Shown here piece after piece: positions 18,689-26,879 of a DNA stretch of 64,000 nt (within the stretch, counting starts at the first letter, position 1; every line of letters starts with the position of its first letter). Where the stretch lies: contig JAWLHK010000006.1 in assembly GCA_041690355.1 (NCBI GenBank), positions 1 through 64,000 of the forward strand. Direction: 5' to 3'. The DNA comes from a bacterium (GTDB lineage: Bacteria; J088; JAWLBW01). The notes under the pieces were generated by a model. The model saw nothing but the letters and a program-made list of their open reading frames with translations, was not told where the DNA came from and did no database searches. Made by a program: the position numbers and the translations under genes.

Positions 18689-20921
18689 CGGTTCCCCGCC
18701 GGGGGAGTGTGACCGTGAACCGCGTGTCGCCCGGCGAGCTCTCGACGGCGATGCTGCCGCCGAAGGCTTCGGTGAGCGAGCGCACGATGTACAGGCCTAG
18801 CCCCAGTCCTCCATAGTTACGCAGCGAGACCCCGCGTTCGAACGGGTTGAAGATGCGCTCCTGTATCTCGGGGGGGATGCCGATTCCGTGATCGCCGACT
18901 TCAAGCGTGACGTTTTCGCCTTCGTCGCGCACCCGGATTTCAATCGGTTTTCCGCCTCCGAATTTGACGGCGTTACTCAGCAGATTGGCGACGATCTGTT
19001 CGACGCGCATCCGGTCCCATTCGCCCGTGGCGCTCCCCGGGGCGGTGACGGTAATGGACGATCCGGATGCGTCGATGTCGCCTTTCTGGGCGCTTACCGT
19101 CTCACGCACGACCTCGGCCAGATCGACCGGCTCCAGGGAGAGTTGGAGCCGCCCCCCCCGGATGCGCCCGAGATCGAGCAGCTCGCGCACGAACCGGCCG
19201 AGGCGCCGGTCTTCCCGCTCGATGACCTCGAGGGCCGTCGCCTGGCCCTCGGGCGACAGTTTTCCCGACCGCAGCGTCTGCACGGCCAGATGCAGCGACG
19301 AGATGGGCCCGCGAATCTCGTGGGCGGCGATGGCCAGGAATTCGTCGCGGGCCCGCAGGGCTTCGTGGGCCTGTTCATAGAGGCGTGCGTTTTCGAGCGC
19401 GAGCGAGGCCCGCCGGCCCAGTTCTTCGATGACCTCGACTTCGCGTTCGCCATATCCGCGGCCGGCGGCGGCCATGAGGGTGAGCGCGCCGGCGATCTGC
19501 CCGCCGGCGAGCAGGGGCACCGAGAGGTAGGCGCGGCCGTCGCGCCGGTAATGGGTCGCATGGGTCTGCGCCAGCGCCCGCCGCACGTCGGTCGCTATCC
19601 TTTCCCGCGGATTACGCACGACGGCGACCAGCCGCGAGGGGCCCGCGTCCCGGAGCAGATCGACGGCGCAGCCGTCTCCCAGGAGGGGAACGGCGAGCCG
19701 TGCCACCGATTCGAGCGCCTGCTCGGCGTTCAGCGACGCGAGCAGGCGCGTGGCGTCTGACAGAAACTCGGTATGCCGCAGCGAGCGGGCGCGCTCGGTG
19801 ACGTCCCTGAAGCTCCAGACGCGGCCGATGATCTTGTTGTCGCTGCGCTGGGGAATGGAATAGCGTTCGTAGACCCGCCCGTCCTTGAACTGGAGGGTGT
19901 CGAAGCTCTCCTGTTCGGCATGGGCGTAGAGATTCTGGACCCCGGTCAGAAACTGTTGGGGATTCTCGAGCTGATCGAGGACGAAGTCCAGCAGCGCCCG
20001 GTCGTCACCCTGGTCGGCGAGCGATTGGGGGATGCCCCAGAGCGAGCGGAAACGCTGGTTGTAGGTTTCGATTCTGCCTGAACGGTCGACGACGAGCAGA
20101 CCGTCGGCCGTCGCGTCGAGCGTTGCCGTCAGCAAAGACACATTCGAAGCGAGCTTGTCGAGCGTCGCCTTCTGTTCCGTGACGTCCCAGCAGGTTCCCG
20201 TCATGCGCAGCAGCGTCCCCTCCTTGTTGCGCAGGGCGGCCCCCCGCGTGTGCAGCGTACGGATGGCGCCGTCGGGGCGCAGGATGCGATGCTCGTACGA
20301 GAAATAGCCCCCCCGGTGATAGGCGCTGAGCAGGACAGACTGCACATGTTCCCGATCGGCGGGAAAGATGTATCCGAGAAAGACCTCGAGGGAAGAGGGC
20401 GGAGTTCCCGACTCGCCGAGTCCGTAGATGCGGCAGAGTTCGCGGGACCAGACCAGGCGGTTGGCATGGGCATCCCACTCGAAACTCCCGATGTGTGCGA
20501 CTTCCTGGGCCTCGCGCAGGCGGGCTTCGCTGTCGCGCAGGCGCTGCTCGTTTTCGAACGCCTGGGTGAAGTCGACGCCGGCGCCGATGGTGCCGATGAT
20601 TTTACCTTCGGTATCCCGCAACGGCTCGACGGTGACCTGATACCATTTTTCCCCGTAGGCATACCGGAATGTTTCACGCCGCCCGGTCAGCGCTGCGAGA
20701 TGGTGCGCATTGGCCGGCTCCCGCGGGTCACGTGTCCCCACGAAATCGTAGACCGACGAGCCGGTAAGCCGGCCGATACCGAGGTTCTCGGCGATGACGC
20801 TGCCGTAGGTGAAGGTGAGCCGCAGATCCGTGTCGGTGCTCCACACCGCTCCGGGAAACTGGCTGAGCAGCAGATTCAGGTAGTCGGGGCGGACGCCTTG
20901 CTTGGACCCGGAAGCTGGCAT
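18678..20921 (-). CDS. Cytoplasmic PAS/GAF sensor histidine kinase
   Basis: Several PAS/PAC segments, GAF-like part, H-box AAHEIRGP, NLLSNAVKF, DHGIGI, GLGLGLYI. Confidence 0.92.
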   Translation of the reverse strand: MPASGSKQGVRPDYLNLLLSQFPGAVWSTDTDLRLTFTYGSVIAENLGIGRLTGSSVYDFVGTRDPREPANAHHLAALTGRRETFRYAYGEKWYQVTVEPLRDTEGKIIGTIGAGVDFTQAFENEQRLRDSEARLREAQEVAHIGSFEWDAHANRLVWSRELCRIYGLGESGTPPSSLEVFLGYIFPADREHVQSVLLSAYHRGGYFSYEHRILRPDGAIRTLHTRGAALRNKEGTLLRMTGTCWDVTEQKATLDKLASNVSLLTATLDATADGLLVVDRSGRIETYNQRFRSLWGIPQSLADQGDDRALLDFVLDQLENPQQFLTGVQNLYAHAEQESFDTLQFKDGRVYERYSIPQRSDNKIIGRVWSFRDVTERARSLRHTEFLSDATRLLASLNAEQALESVARLAVPLLGDGCAVDLLRDAGPSRLVAVVRNPRERIATDVRRALAQTHATHYRRDGRAYLSVPLLAGGQIAGALTLMAAAGRGYGEREVEVIEELGRRASLALENARLYEQAHEALRARDEFLAIAAHEIRGPISSLHLAVQTLRSGKLSPEGQATALEVIEREDRRLGRFVRELLDLGRIRGGRLQLSLEPVDLAEVVRETVSAQKGDIDASGSSITVTAPGSATGEWDRMRVEQIVANLLSNAVKFGGGKPIEIRVRDEGENVTLEVGDHGIGIPPEIQERIFNPFERGVSLRNYGGLGLGLYIVRSLTEAFGGSIAVESSPGDTRFTVTLPRRGTDAV

Positions 20922-21150
20922 GTTTCGTCAGGGCGCGGGTTGATCGGCGGACGCAATCGTGCCCCGTCGGGCCATCGCGTCCCACTTCAGCATGCGCGAT
21001 GCGGCGTCGTGGCCGCAGCCCCGGGCAGTGTCCCGGTTGCGGGCGGGCCGGCGAGCGTCGGGTTCGCGGCCCCGGTACGCTGCGTTTGTGCCCGCCCGCG
21101 GTGGAACGGATGATACACTGTGTTTCACCGTCACGTCGGAGTCGTCTGAA

Positions 21151-21972
21151 GTGGAAGCCTATGAAATCCGTCTGCGTGCCGCGTTGCGTGAGGCCGGCTC
21201 GGTGCTCGTGACCCTCTCCGGTGGAGTCGACAGCTCGCTGCTCGCGCGCATCGCCCATGAGGAGCTGGGCGAGCGTGCCGCCGCGCTCACGGCGGTCGGC
21301 GCTGCGCTCTCGGCGCGCGAGCTGGAAGACTGCCGGCGCATCGCCGCCGAGATCGGCATCCGTCATTTCGCCGTCGACTCGCGCGAAATCGACGATCCCG
21401 ACTACCGGGCCAATCCGGTCAACCGCTGCTACTTCTGCAAGACCGAGCTGTACGGGCTGGCTGCCGGCAAAGCCCGCGAGCTCGGCTTCGCGCGTCTGGC
21501 CGCGGGGATCAACCGCGACGACCTGGGTGACCACCGTCCCGGGATCGTCGCCGCCCGGGAGCACGACGTGCTCATGCCGTACGTCGAGGCGCGCATGGGC
21601 AAGCAGGAGATCCGCGCTGTCGCCCGCCGCATCGGGCTCAGCGTGGCCGAAAAGCCCGCCGCCGCCTGCCTGGCCAGCCGCATCCCTTACGGGCTCGGCG
21701 TCACCGAAGAGCGCCTGCGCCGCATCGAGCAGTGCGAGAACGTGCTCAAGGATCTCGGCTTCGCCCAGTGCCGGGTGCGCCTGCACGACAAGGTGGCGCG
21801 CATCGAAGTGCCTCCCGCCATGCTTCTGCACCTGCTCGAGCATCGGGAACGGATCGTCGAAAGTTTCCGCGGCGCCGGCTTCAGCTACGTGACGCTCGAT
21901 CTGGAGGGCTTTCGCAGCGGCAGCCTGAATGCCGGGCTCCCGCAGGCGGAGACCGGAATCCACCATGGCTGA
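21151..21972 (+). CDS. larE: LarE-family ATP-dependent (PP-loop) sulfur transferase
   Basis: [56 protein letters not shown] start at 21151. Confidence 0.85.
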   Translation: MEAYEIRLRAALREAGSVLVTLSGGVDSSLLARIAHEELGERAAALTAVGAALSARELEDCRRIAAEIGIRHFAVDSREIDDPDYRANPVNRCYFCKTELYGLAAGKARELGFARLAAGINRDDLGDHRPGIVAAREHDVLMPYVEARMGKQEIRAVARRIGLSVAEKPAAACLASRIPYGLGVTEERLRRIEQCENVLKDLGFAQCRVRLHDKVARIEVPPAMLLHLLEHRERIVESFRGAGFSYVTLDLEGFRSGSLNAGLPQAETGIHHG

Positions 21973-22171
21973 GCGCGATCGGCAGCCGGGGGGCGGCCCG
22001 CTGCCGTTTCCGACTTCGGCCTGTCACGGCTGCCGGCACATGGTGCTGGTGGGCAACCGGTGCGGTAGCCGCTTTCTGCAGTGCCGGGCGGCCGCGCAGT
22101 CGTTCTACCCGCCTCAGCCGGTGGGCGATTGCGCGTTGCGCTTGCCTGCATCCCCCTCGGGCGGCGGATAA
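21965..22171 (+). CDS. Small Cys-rich hypothetical protein (68 aa)
   Basis: ATG overlaps the larE stop; CHGCRH...GSRFLQC...YPPQPVGDC, 5 Cys. Confidence 0.6.
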   Translation: MAERDRQPGGGPLPFPTSACHGCRHMVLVGNRCGSRFLQCRAAAQSFYPPQPVGDCALRLPASPSGGG

Positions 22172-22572
22172 GCCCAGGTCTCGCGGAACCCGCCCAGGAA
22201 CTCCGCATCCTCCCAGAGCGGCTCGCCGTTCAGCGTGAGCCATGCATGCCCCGTAACCCCGTTGCGATCCGGTTTGACCCCCATGTGGAACCGGACGTTG
22301 AACCCGCGGCCGGTCAGGTGCAGAAAGCGCAGCAGCGACAGCTTCAGGCAGTTGCCCATGTTCAGGTAGGGGAGCTGATAGACCACCATTTCGGAGAGTC
22401 GCCGGATGCGTTCGGCATCGGTCCACCGCCGGGCATAGCGGCGCCCGGTCGGCGTCATGCGCGCCATGAGCCCGTCGAGGGGGGCGCGGTCGAACATCAC
22501 GCTCAGATAGACCAGCTCGCCCGCCATCCGGGCGACCGTGGGGAGATCGCGAACCACATGCATGCTTTTCAT
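22114..22572 (-). CDS. Lasso peptide B2-type leader peptidase (transglutaminase-like)
   Basis: GNCLKLSLL (catalytic Cys), FHMGV, GHAWL (catalytic His); ~150 aa; alternative start 22563. Confidence 0.87.
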   Translation of the reverse strand: MKSMHVVRDLPTVARMAGELVYLSVMFDRAPLDGLMARMTPTGRRYARRWTDAERIRRLSEMVVYQLPYLNMGNCLKLSLLRFLHLTGRGFNVRFHMGVKPDRNGVTGHAWLTLNGEPLWEDAEFLGGFRETWAYPPPEGDAGKRNAQSPTG

Positions 22573-22611
22573 CTTGCCGAATCCCGGGCGGATAGTCAAT
22601 TTGATAAGAGC

Positions 22612-22641
22612 TTGACGAATTGGAAAGCCGAGTGCCAGAAT
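22612..22641 (+). promoter_or_regulatory. Putative sigma70 promoter for the RRE-precursor unit
   Basis: TTGACG-N18-CAGAAT with TG extended -10, in an AT-richer divergent intergenic region. Confidence 0.45.
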
Positions 22642-22670
22642 GGGGATAGAAACCGAACGGGGAGGCCGGC

Positions 22671-22943
22671 ATGGGCTATCGCATCCATCCATCAGTGTTG
22701 TTCACCGATCTGGAAGACGGCACGAGCGTGCTGCTGCACATGGACAGCAAGTTCTATTTCACGCTGAACGAGTCGGGCACGGTCATCTGGCGCGCACTCA
22801 TGGAGCGTGAGGGTGCGACGGCCGAGGATCTCGCCCGCAGCCTCGCCGCCACCACGTTCAGTGTCGAAGAAGAAACGCTGCGGAACGACATCGACAGCAT
22901 GTTCCGCGAAATGGTCGGCGAAGATATCCTGGTTGAGGAGTGA
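22671..22943 (+). CDS. PqqD family RiPP recognition element (lasso B1-type)
   Basis: 90 aa; DGTSVLLHMDSKFYFTLNESGTVIW...EDL...F...DI...GEDIL pattern; GGAGG RBS. Confidence 0.9.
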   Translation: MGYRIHPSVLFTDLEDGTSVLLHMDSKFYFTLNESGTVIWRALMEREGATAEDLARSLAATTFSVEEETLRNDIDSMFREMVGEDILVEE

Positions 22944-22946
22944 GCC

Positions 22947-23084
22947 ATGGCGAAACGTAACTACAGTCAGCCGTCGTTCGCCCGGTACCGCCCCGTGCGC
23001 GACGTGACCCTGCTGACGCAGTGCTGCCCGTTCGATGAAGAGCCGGTCGATCCCAAGCGGGGCCACGCCGTCTTTTCGGGCTGA
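22947..23084 (+). CDS. RiPP precursor peptide with lasso-type leader (45 aa, absent from ORF track)
   Basis: Manual translation MAKRNYSQPSFARYRPVRDVTLLTQCCPFDEEPVDPKRGHAVFSG; GAGGAG RBS 6 nt upstream; YxxPxF and Thr at the lasso leader spacing; followed by a terminator. Confidence 0.85.
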   Translation: MAKRNYSQPSFARYRPVRDVTLLTQCCPFDEEPVDPKRGHAVFSG

Positions 23085-23108
23085 GCGCGCAGACATCGAT
23101 TGTTTGAG

Positions 23109-23148
23109 AGAGGCCCGCCGGTCATCCGGCGGGCCTCTTTTCTTTCTT
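23109..23148 (+). terminator. Rho-independent terminator after the precursor
   Basis: 13-bp perfect stem AGAGGCCCGCCGG/CCGGCGGGCCTCT, TCAT loop, T-rich tail. Confidence 0.88.
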
Positions 23149-23240
23149 CGGCGTGCCCTCGGGGAAACTGGATTTTTTCTCAATCATTGTGCTATGTTAT
23201 ACGGGGCCCGCCTGCCGCCCGCCCCGGATCCCGACCGCTT

Positions 23241-24977
23241 ATGAGCGACGACGCTTTCGACACCTCCGAACTCATCGACGATTTCGTCGACGACGCCCGC
23301 GTTCACCTGGGGCTTCTCGACGACGCGCTCCTGCGCTTCGAGGCCTCGGTCGAGGCCGGGCGCACCGACCGGAGCGTTTTCGCGAGCATCCTCGGCGCCC
23401 TGCACACGCTCAAGGGCAATGCCGGCATGATGGGCTTCGGCGGTATCCAGCACGCCGTGCACGAACTCGAGACGGTCATCAAGAAGATTACGTCCGAGGG
23501 CATTGCGGTCACCCGCGCCGGCGTCGACGCCCTCTTCGCCATTGCCGCGCTCCTGCACGGGGCCGTCGCCGGCCTTTCGGCCCAGCGGCATGAGACCGAA
23601 ACCTTCGCGCGCCTCGAGGGGCTGCTGGCCACCGTGATTGCGGGGGGCGACGCGGCCCCCGATGCGCCGGCCCCGGAAAGGCAGGGGAATGCTGCGCAGG
23701 GAAATGCCGCGCAGGGAAATGCCGCGCAGGTCGAGTCGGTGGCGGCTGAACCGGCGGTGGCCGAACCGGTCGGGCCGGCGGGGCTCGGGGGCGAGACGCA
23801 GACCATCAAAATCGATTTCAAACGTCTCGACCGGCTGCTGAATCTTGTCGGCGAGCTCGTCATGTACCGCACCTCGCTGAACCAGGTGCAGACCGACCTC
23901 GTGCACCGCGGCGCCGACCTCGTCGCCGGCCGCGAACTGAGCGACGTCTCGCAGCTCATCGGTAAGACGGTGACCGAGCTGCAGGAAGCCATCATGGAGG
24001 CCCGCCTGCTTCCGATGCGCACGGTGCTCCATCCGTTCCCCCGGCTGGTGCGCGACATCGCCCGCAAGCAGGGTAAGAAGGTGACCCTGCACCTGCGGGG
24101 CGCCGAAACCGAGCTCGACAAGACGGTCATCGACAAGATCGGCGAACCGCTGCTGCACCTGGTGCGCAATGCGGTCGATCACGGCATCGAGCTTCCCGAT
24201 CAGCGCCGGGGCGAGGGCAAGACCGAGACGGGCAACCTGACCATCTCGGCCGCGCAGGAGTCGAACAGCATCATCATCACCGTCGAAGACGACGGCCGCG
24301 GGCTCGACGCGAAGAAGATCCTCGAGAAGGCGCGCCGCATCGGCCTCGTCGACCACGACCGCAAGATGGCCGAACAGGAGATCTTCGAGCTCATTTTCTC
24401 GCCCGGCTTCAGCACCGCCGACCAGGTGACCGAAATCAGCGGACGCGGCGTGGGCATGGACGTCGTGCGCGCGGCCATCGCCGGCCTGGGCGGCGTCATC
24501 GAACTGGATACGATCGCCCATCTGGGCACGAAATTCACGGTCAAACTGCCCCTTACGCTGGCCATCATCACCGCCCTGCTCGTGCGCGTCGGCGAAGAGT
24601 CGTACGCCGTCCCCATCACCCATGTGCTCGAGAGCGTGCGCTACGACGCCGCTGCGGTGCACGAGGTCAACGATCGCCAGGTGCTGCGCCTTCGCGACCG
24701 CATCCTGCCGCTTGCCGATCTGCGCGCGCTGTTTCAGCTTCCCGAACGGGATGCGGGCGACCAGGCTTACGTCGTCGTGCTCGGGCGCGGCGAGCGGCGG
24801 GTCGGCCTCATCGTCGACGGCCTGCTCGGGCAGATGGAAATCGTCATCAAGGGCATCGACGAGGTCCTCGGCGCCACGCCGTACATCGCCGGTGCTTCGG
24901 TGCTCGGCGACGGGCGCGTCATTCTCATCGTCGACGTAGCCCGGCTGCTCGCCGGGGCCGACATGGTGGTGACCTGA
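23241..24977 (+). CDS. cheA: Chemotaxis histidine kinase CheA (no obvious P2 or REC domain)
   Basis: Hpt LHTLKG, LNLVGELV, HLVRNAVDHGIE, PGFSTA..SGRGVGMDVV, C-terminal CheW-like P5. Confidence 0.95.
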   Translation: MSDDAFDTSELIDDFVDDARVHLGLLDDALLRFEASVEAGRTDRSVFASILGALHTLKGNAGMMGFGGIQHAVHELETVIKKITSEGIAVTRAGVDALFAIAALLHGAVAGLSAQRHETETFARLEGLLATVIAGGDAAPDAPAPERQGNAAQGNAAQGNAAQVESVAAEPAVAEPVGPAGLGGETQTIKIDFKRLDRLLNLVGELVMYRTSLNQVQTDLVHRGADLVAGRELSDVSQLIGKTVTELQEAIMEARLLPMRTVLHPFPRLVRDIARKQGKKVTLHLRGAETELDKTVIDKIGEPLLHLVRNAVDHGIELPDQRRGEGKTETGNLTISAAQESNSIIITVEDDGRGLDAKKILEKARRIGLVDHDRKMAEQEIFELIFSPGFSTADQVTEISGRGVGMDVVRAAIAGLGGVIELDTIAHLGTKFTVKLPLTLAIITALLVRVGEESYAVPITHVLESVRYDAAAVHEVNDRQVLRLRDRILPLADLRALFQLPERDAGDQAYVVVLGRGERRVGLIVDGLLGQMEIVIKGIDEVLGATPYIAGASVLGDGRVILIVDVARLLAGADMVVT

Positions 24978-25780
24978 TGTACGAAGCGTTCTTCGGCCTG
25001 CGCGAAAAAGCGTTTTCCAAGACGCCCGATCCACGGTTTCTCTTTCTCTCCGAAGCCCACCAGGAGGCACTGGCGCAGCTCGAGTACGCCGTCGAAGAGA
25101 AGGAGATTGCCGTGCTGACCGGCGAGATCGGCACCGGCAAGACGCTGCTTTCGCGTGTGCTCATGGACCGCCTCGACGAGCGGTACGAGATCGCCAACGT
25201 GCTGCACCCGGGGCTGAGCACGACGGCCTTTCTGCGCACGGTCGCCCAGGAGCTCGGCGTCGGCGAGCCGGCGCGCACGAAGCAGGGGATCGTGGATCAG
25301 CTGCAGCAGCGCTTTCTCGCCCTGCACGACGAGGCGCGCACGCCGGTCATCCTCATCGACGAATCGCAGCTCATCCGCGGCAAGGACGTCTTCGACGAGA
25401 TCCGCCTGCTCACGAACTTCCAGCTCGACACCGAGAACCTGGTCGCCTTCGTGCTCATCGGCCAGCCCGAGCTCGCCAAACGCCTGCGCAAGCCGGCCTA
25501 CCGCCCGCTCACGCAGCGCATCGGGGCCGAATTTCACCTGGGGCCGCTCGATGGCGAGGCAACCTCGGGGTACCTGCGCCACCGCCTGCGCACGGCGGGC
25601 GCCGAACGCGACATTTTCGACGACGGAGCCTGCGCCGCCGTGCACGAGCGCACGGGCGGGACGCCGCGAATCGTCAACAACCTGGCTACCCAGTGCCTGC
25701 TCGAAGGTCTGGCGGCCGAAGAACCGGTCATCACGCGTCCGCTCGTGCAGCGGGTGGCCGACAGCATGCGGTTTCTCTGA
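24977..25780 (+). CDS. ExeA/GspA-family AAA ATPase (ATPase domain only)
   Basis: MYEAFFGLREKAFSKTPDPRF, Walker A GEIGTGKT, Walker B IDESQ, LIGQPEL, GGTPRIVN. Confidence 0.9.
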   Translation: MYEAFFGLREKAFSKTPDPRFLFLSEAHQEALAQLEYAVEEKEIAVLTGEIGTGKTLLSRVLMDRLDERYEIANVLHPGLSTTAFLRTVAQELGVGEPARTKQGIVDQLQQRFLALHDEARTPVILIDESQLIRGKDVFDEIRLLTNFQLDTENLVAFVLIGQPELAKRLRKPAYRPLTQRIGAEFHLGPLDGEATSGYLRHRLRTAGAERDIFDDGACAAVHERTGGTPRIVNNLATQCLLEGLAAEEPVITRPLVQRVADSMRFL

Positions 25781-26877
25781 TGGGCCGGCTGAGCGAAGCG
25801 CGAAAGAAGGCCAGGGCGAAGAAGGGGGGCAATGACGGCGAAACGCCTGTGACGCCTGGCGCCGACGCGCCTGCGCCGTCTTCCGCCGAAAGCGTCGTTC
25901 CCGCATCCGTCTCCGCGCCGGCCGCCCCGTCCCCGGAACCCGAGTCGGCTGCCTCCGCTCCCGAGCCCGATGTGCACCAGGCCGACGACGAGGCTGCCTG
26001 GATCGCCAGAGCGCTGGCCGAAGCCGAGGCCGAAATCGGCGGCGCCCCCGCCGTGGCCGAGGCCGCCGAAGGGAAATCCGACGGACGCATCGTGCTGCCC
26101 GCCAGCGGGCTGGCCGACGACATCCTCGCCGCGTGGAGCGCCGAACAGGACGAAAGCGATACGGGGGCAGGCGCGGCCGTTTCTCCGGCGGCCGGCGAAG
26201 AATCCTTTTCCTTCGACGACGTTTTCGACGACGCGGCCGGCCTGCAGGGGTCGGTGCTCGAAGCGCTGCGCGAAGAAGCGGCCCCCGGGGCGCTGCGCTC
26301 GATGCCGAGCAGCGGTCTGGCCGAAGACATCCTGCAGTACGTCGACGCCAAGCCGGCGCAGCGTTCGTCGCTGAGCCTCGACGAGATTCACGAATTCGAA
26401 AACTTCTTCGAAGACGAACAGCAGACCGAGTTCGCCCAGTACGTGCTGTTCTCCATCGGCCGCGAAACCTTCGGCGTCGACATCGCGCATGTCCGGGAGA
26501 TCATCCGCGCGCCGCGCATCACCCGCGTTCCCAACGCCGACCGGGCCGTGACCGGCGTCTTCAACCTGCGCGGCCGCATCGTGCCCCTGTTCGTGCTGCG
26601 CAGCCTGCTGAACCTGCCGTCGCGCGCGCTCGATCGCGACAGCAGGGTCATGGTCTTCGAGTCGGGCGCCCGCCATGTGGGCATGCTCATCGACGGCGTA
26701 CGCGAAGTCGCGCGCGTCGACGTGCGCGACATCGAACCGCCGCCCGAAGAAATCACGAGCGCCGTCGACCGCAATCTGGTCACGGCGGTCGCCCGGTACC
26801 GAGACCGGGTGATCTTTCTGCTCGACATGGATTCCGTTCTCGGATTCAATCGCCCCCCCATGAGTCACGCGAGGTAG
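25780..26877 (+). CDS. cheW: CheW with long acidic/low-complexity N-terminal extension
   Basis: C-terminal [40 protein letters not shown] coupling to the upstream gene. Confidence 0.88.
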   Translation: MGRLSEARKKARAKKGGNDGETPVTPGADAPAPSSAESVVPASVSAPAAPSPEPESAASAPEPDVHQADDEAAWIARALAEAEAEIGGAPAVAEAAEGKSDGRIVLPASGLADDILAAWSAEQDESDTGAGAAVSPAAGEESFSFDDVFDDAAGLQGSVLEALREEAAPGALRSMPSSGLAEDILQYVDAKPAQRSSLSLDEIHEFENFFEDEQQTEFAQYVLFSIGRETFGVDIAHVREIIRAPRITRVPNADRAVTGVFNLRGRIVPLFVLRSLLNLPSRALDRDSRVMVFESGARHVGMLIDGVREVARVDVRDIEPPPEEITSAVDRNLVTAVARYRDRVIFLLDMDSVLGFNRPPMSHAR

Positions 26878-26879
26878 CC

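Noticed and set aside
21151-21972. Complete nickel-pincer/lactate racemase pathway, or a canonical lasso cyclase
   Set aside because: No larA/B/C in the window; at ~273 aa with LarE motifs it is too short for an asparagine-synthetase-like cyclase.
22022-22039. Heme c binding motif in the mini-protein
   Set aside because: The sequence is CHGCRH (CxxCxH), not CxxCH, and there is no signal peptide.
23681-23730. 15-bp tandem repeat (QGNAA x3) in cheA
   Set aside because: In-frame slippage within a linker; no functional signal.
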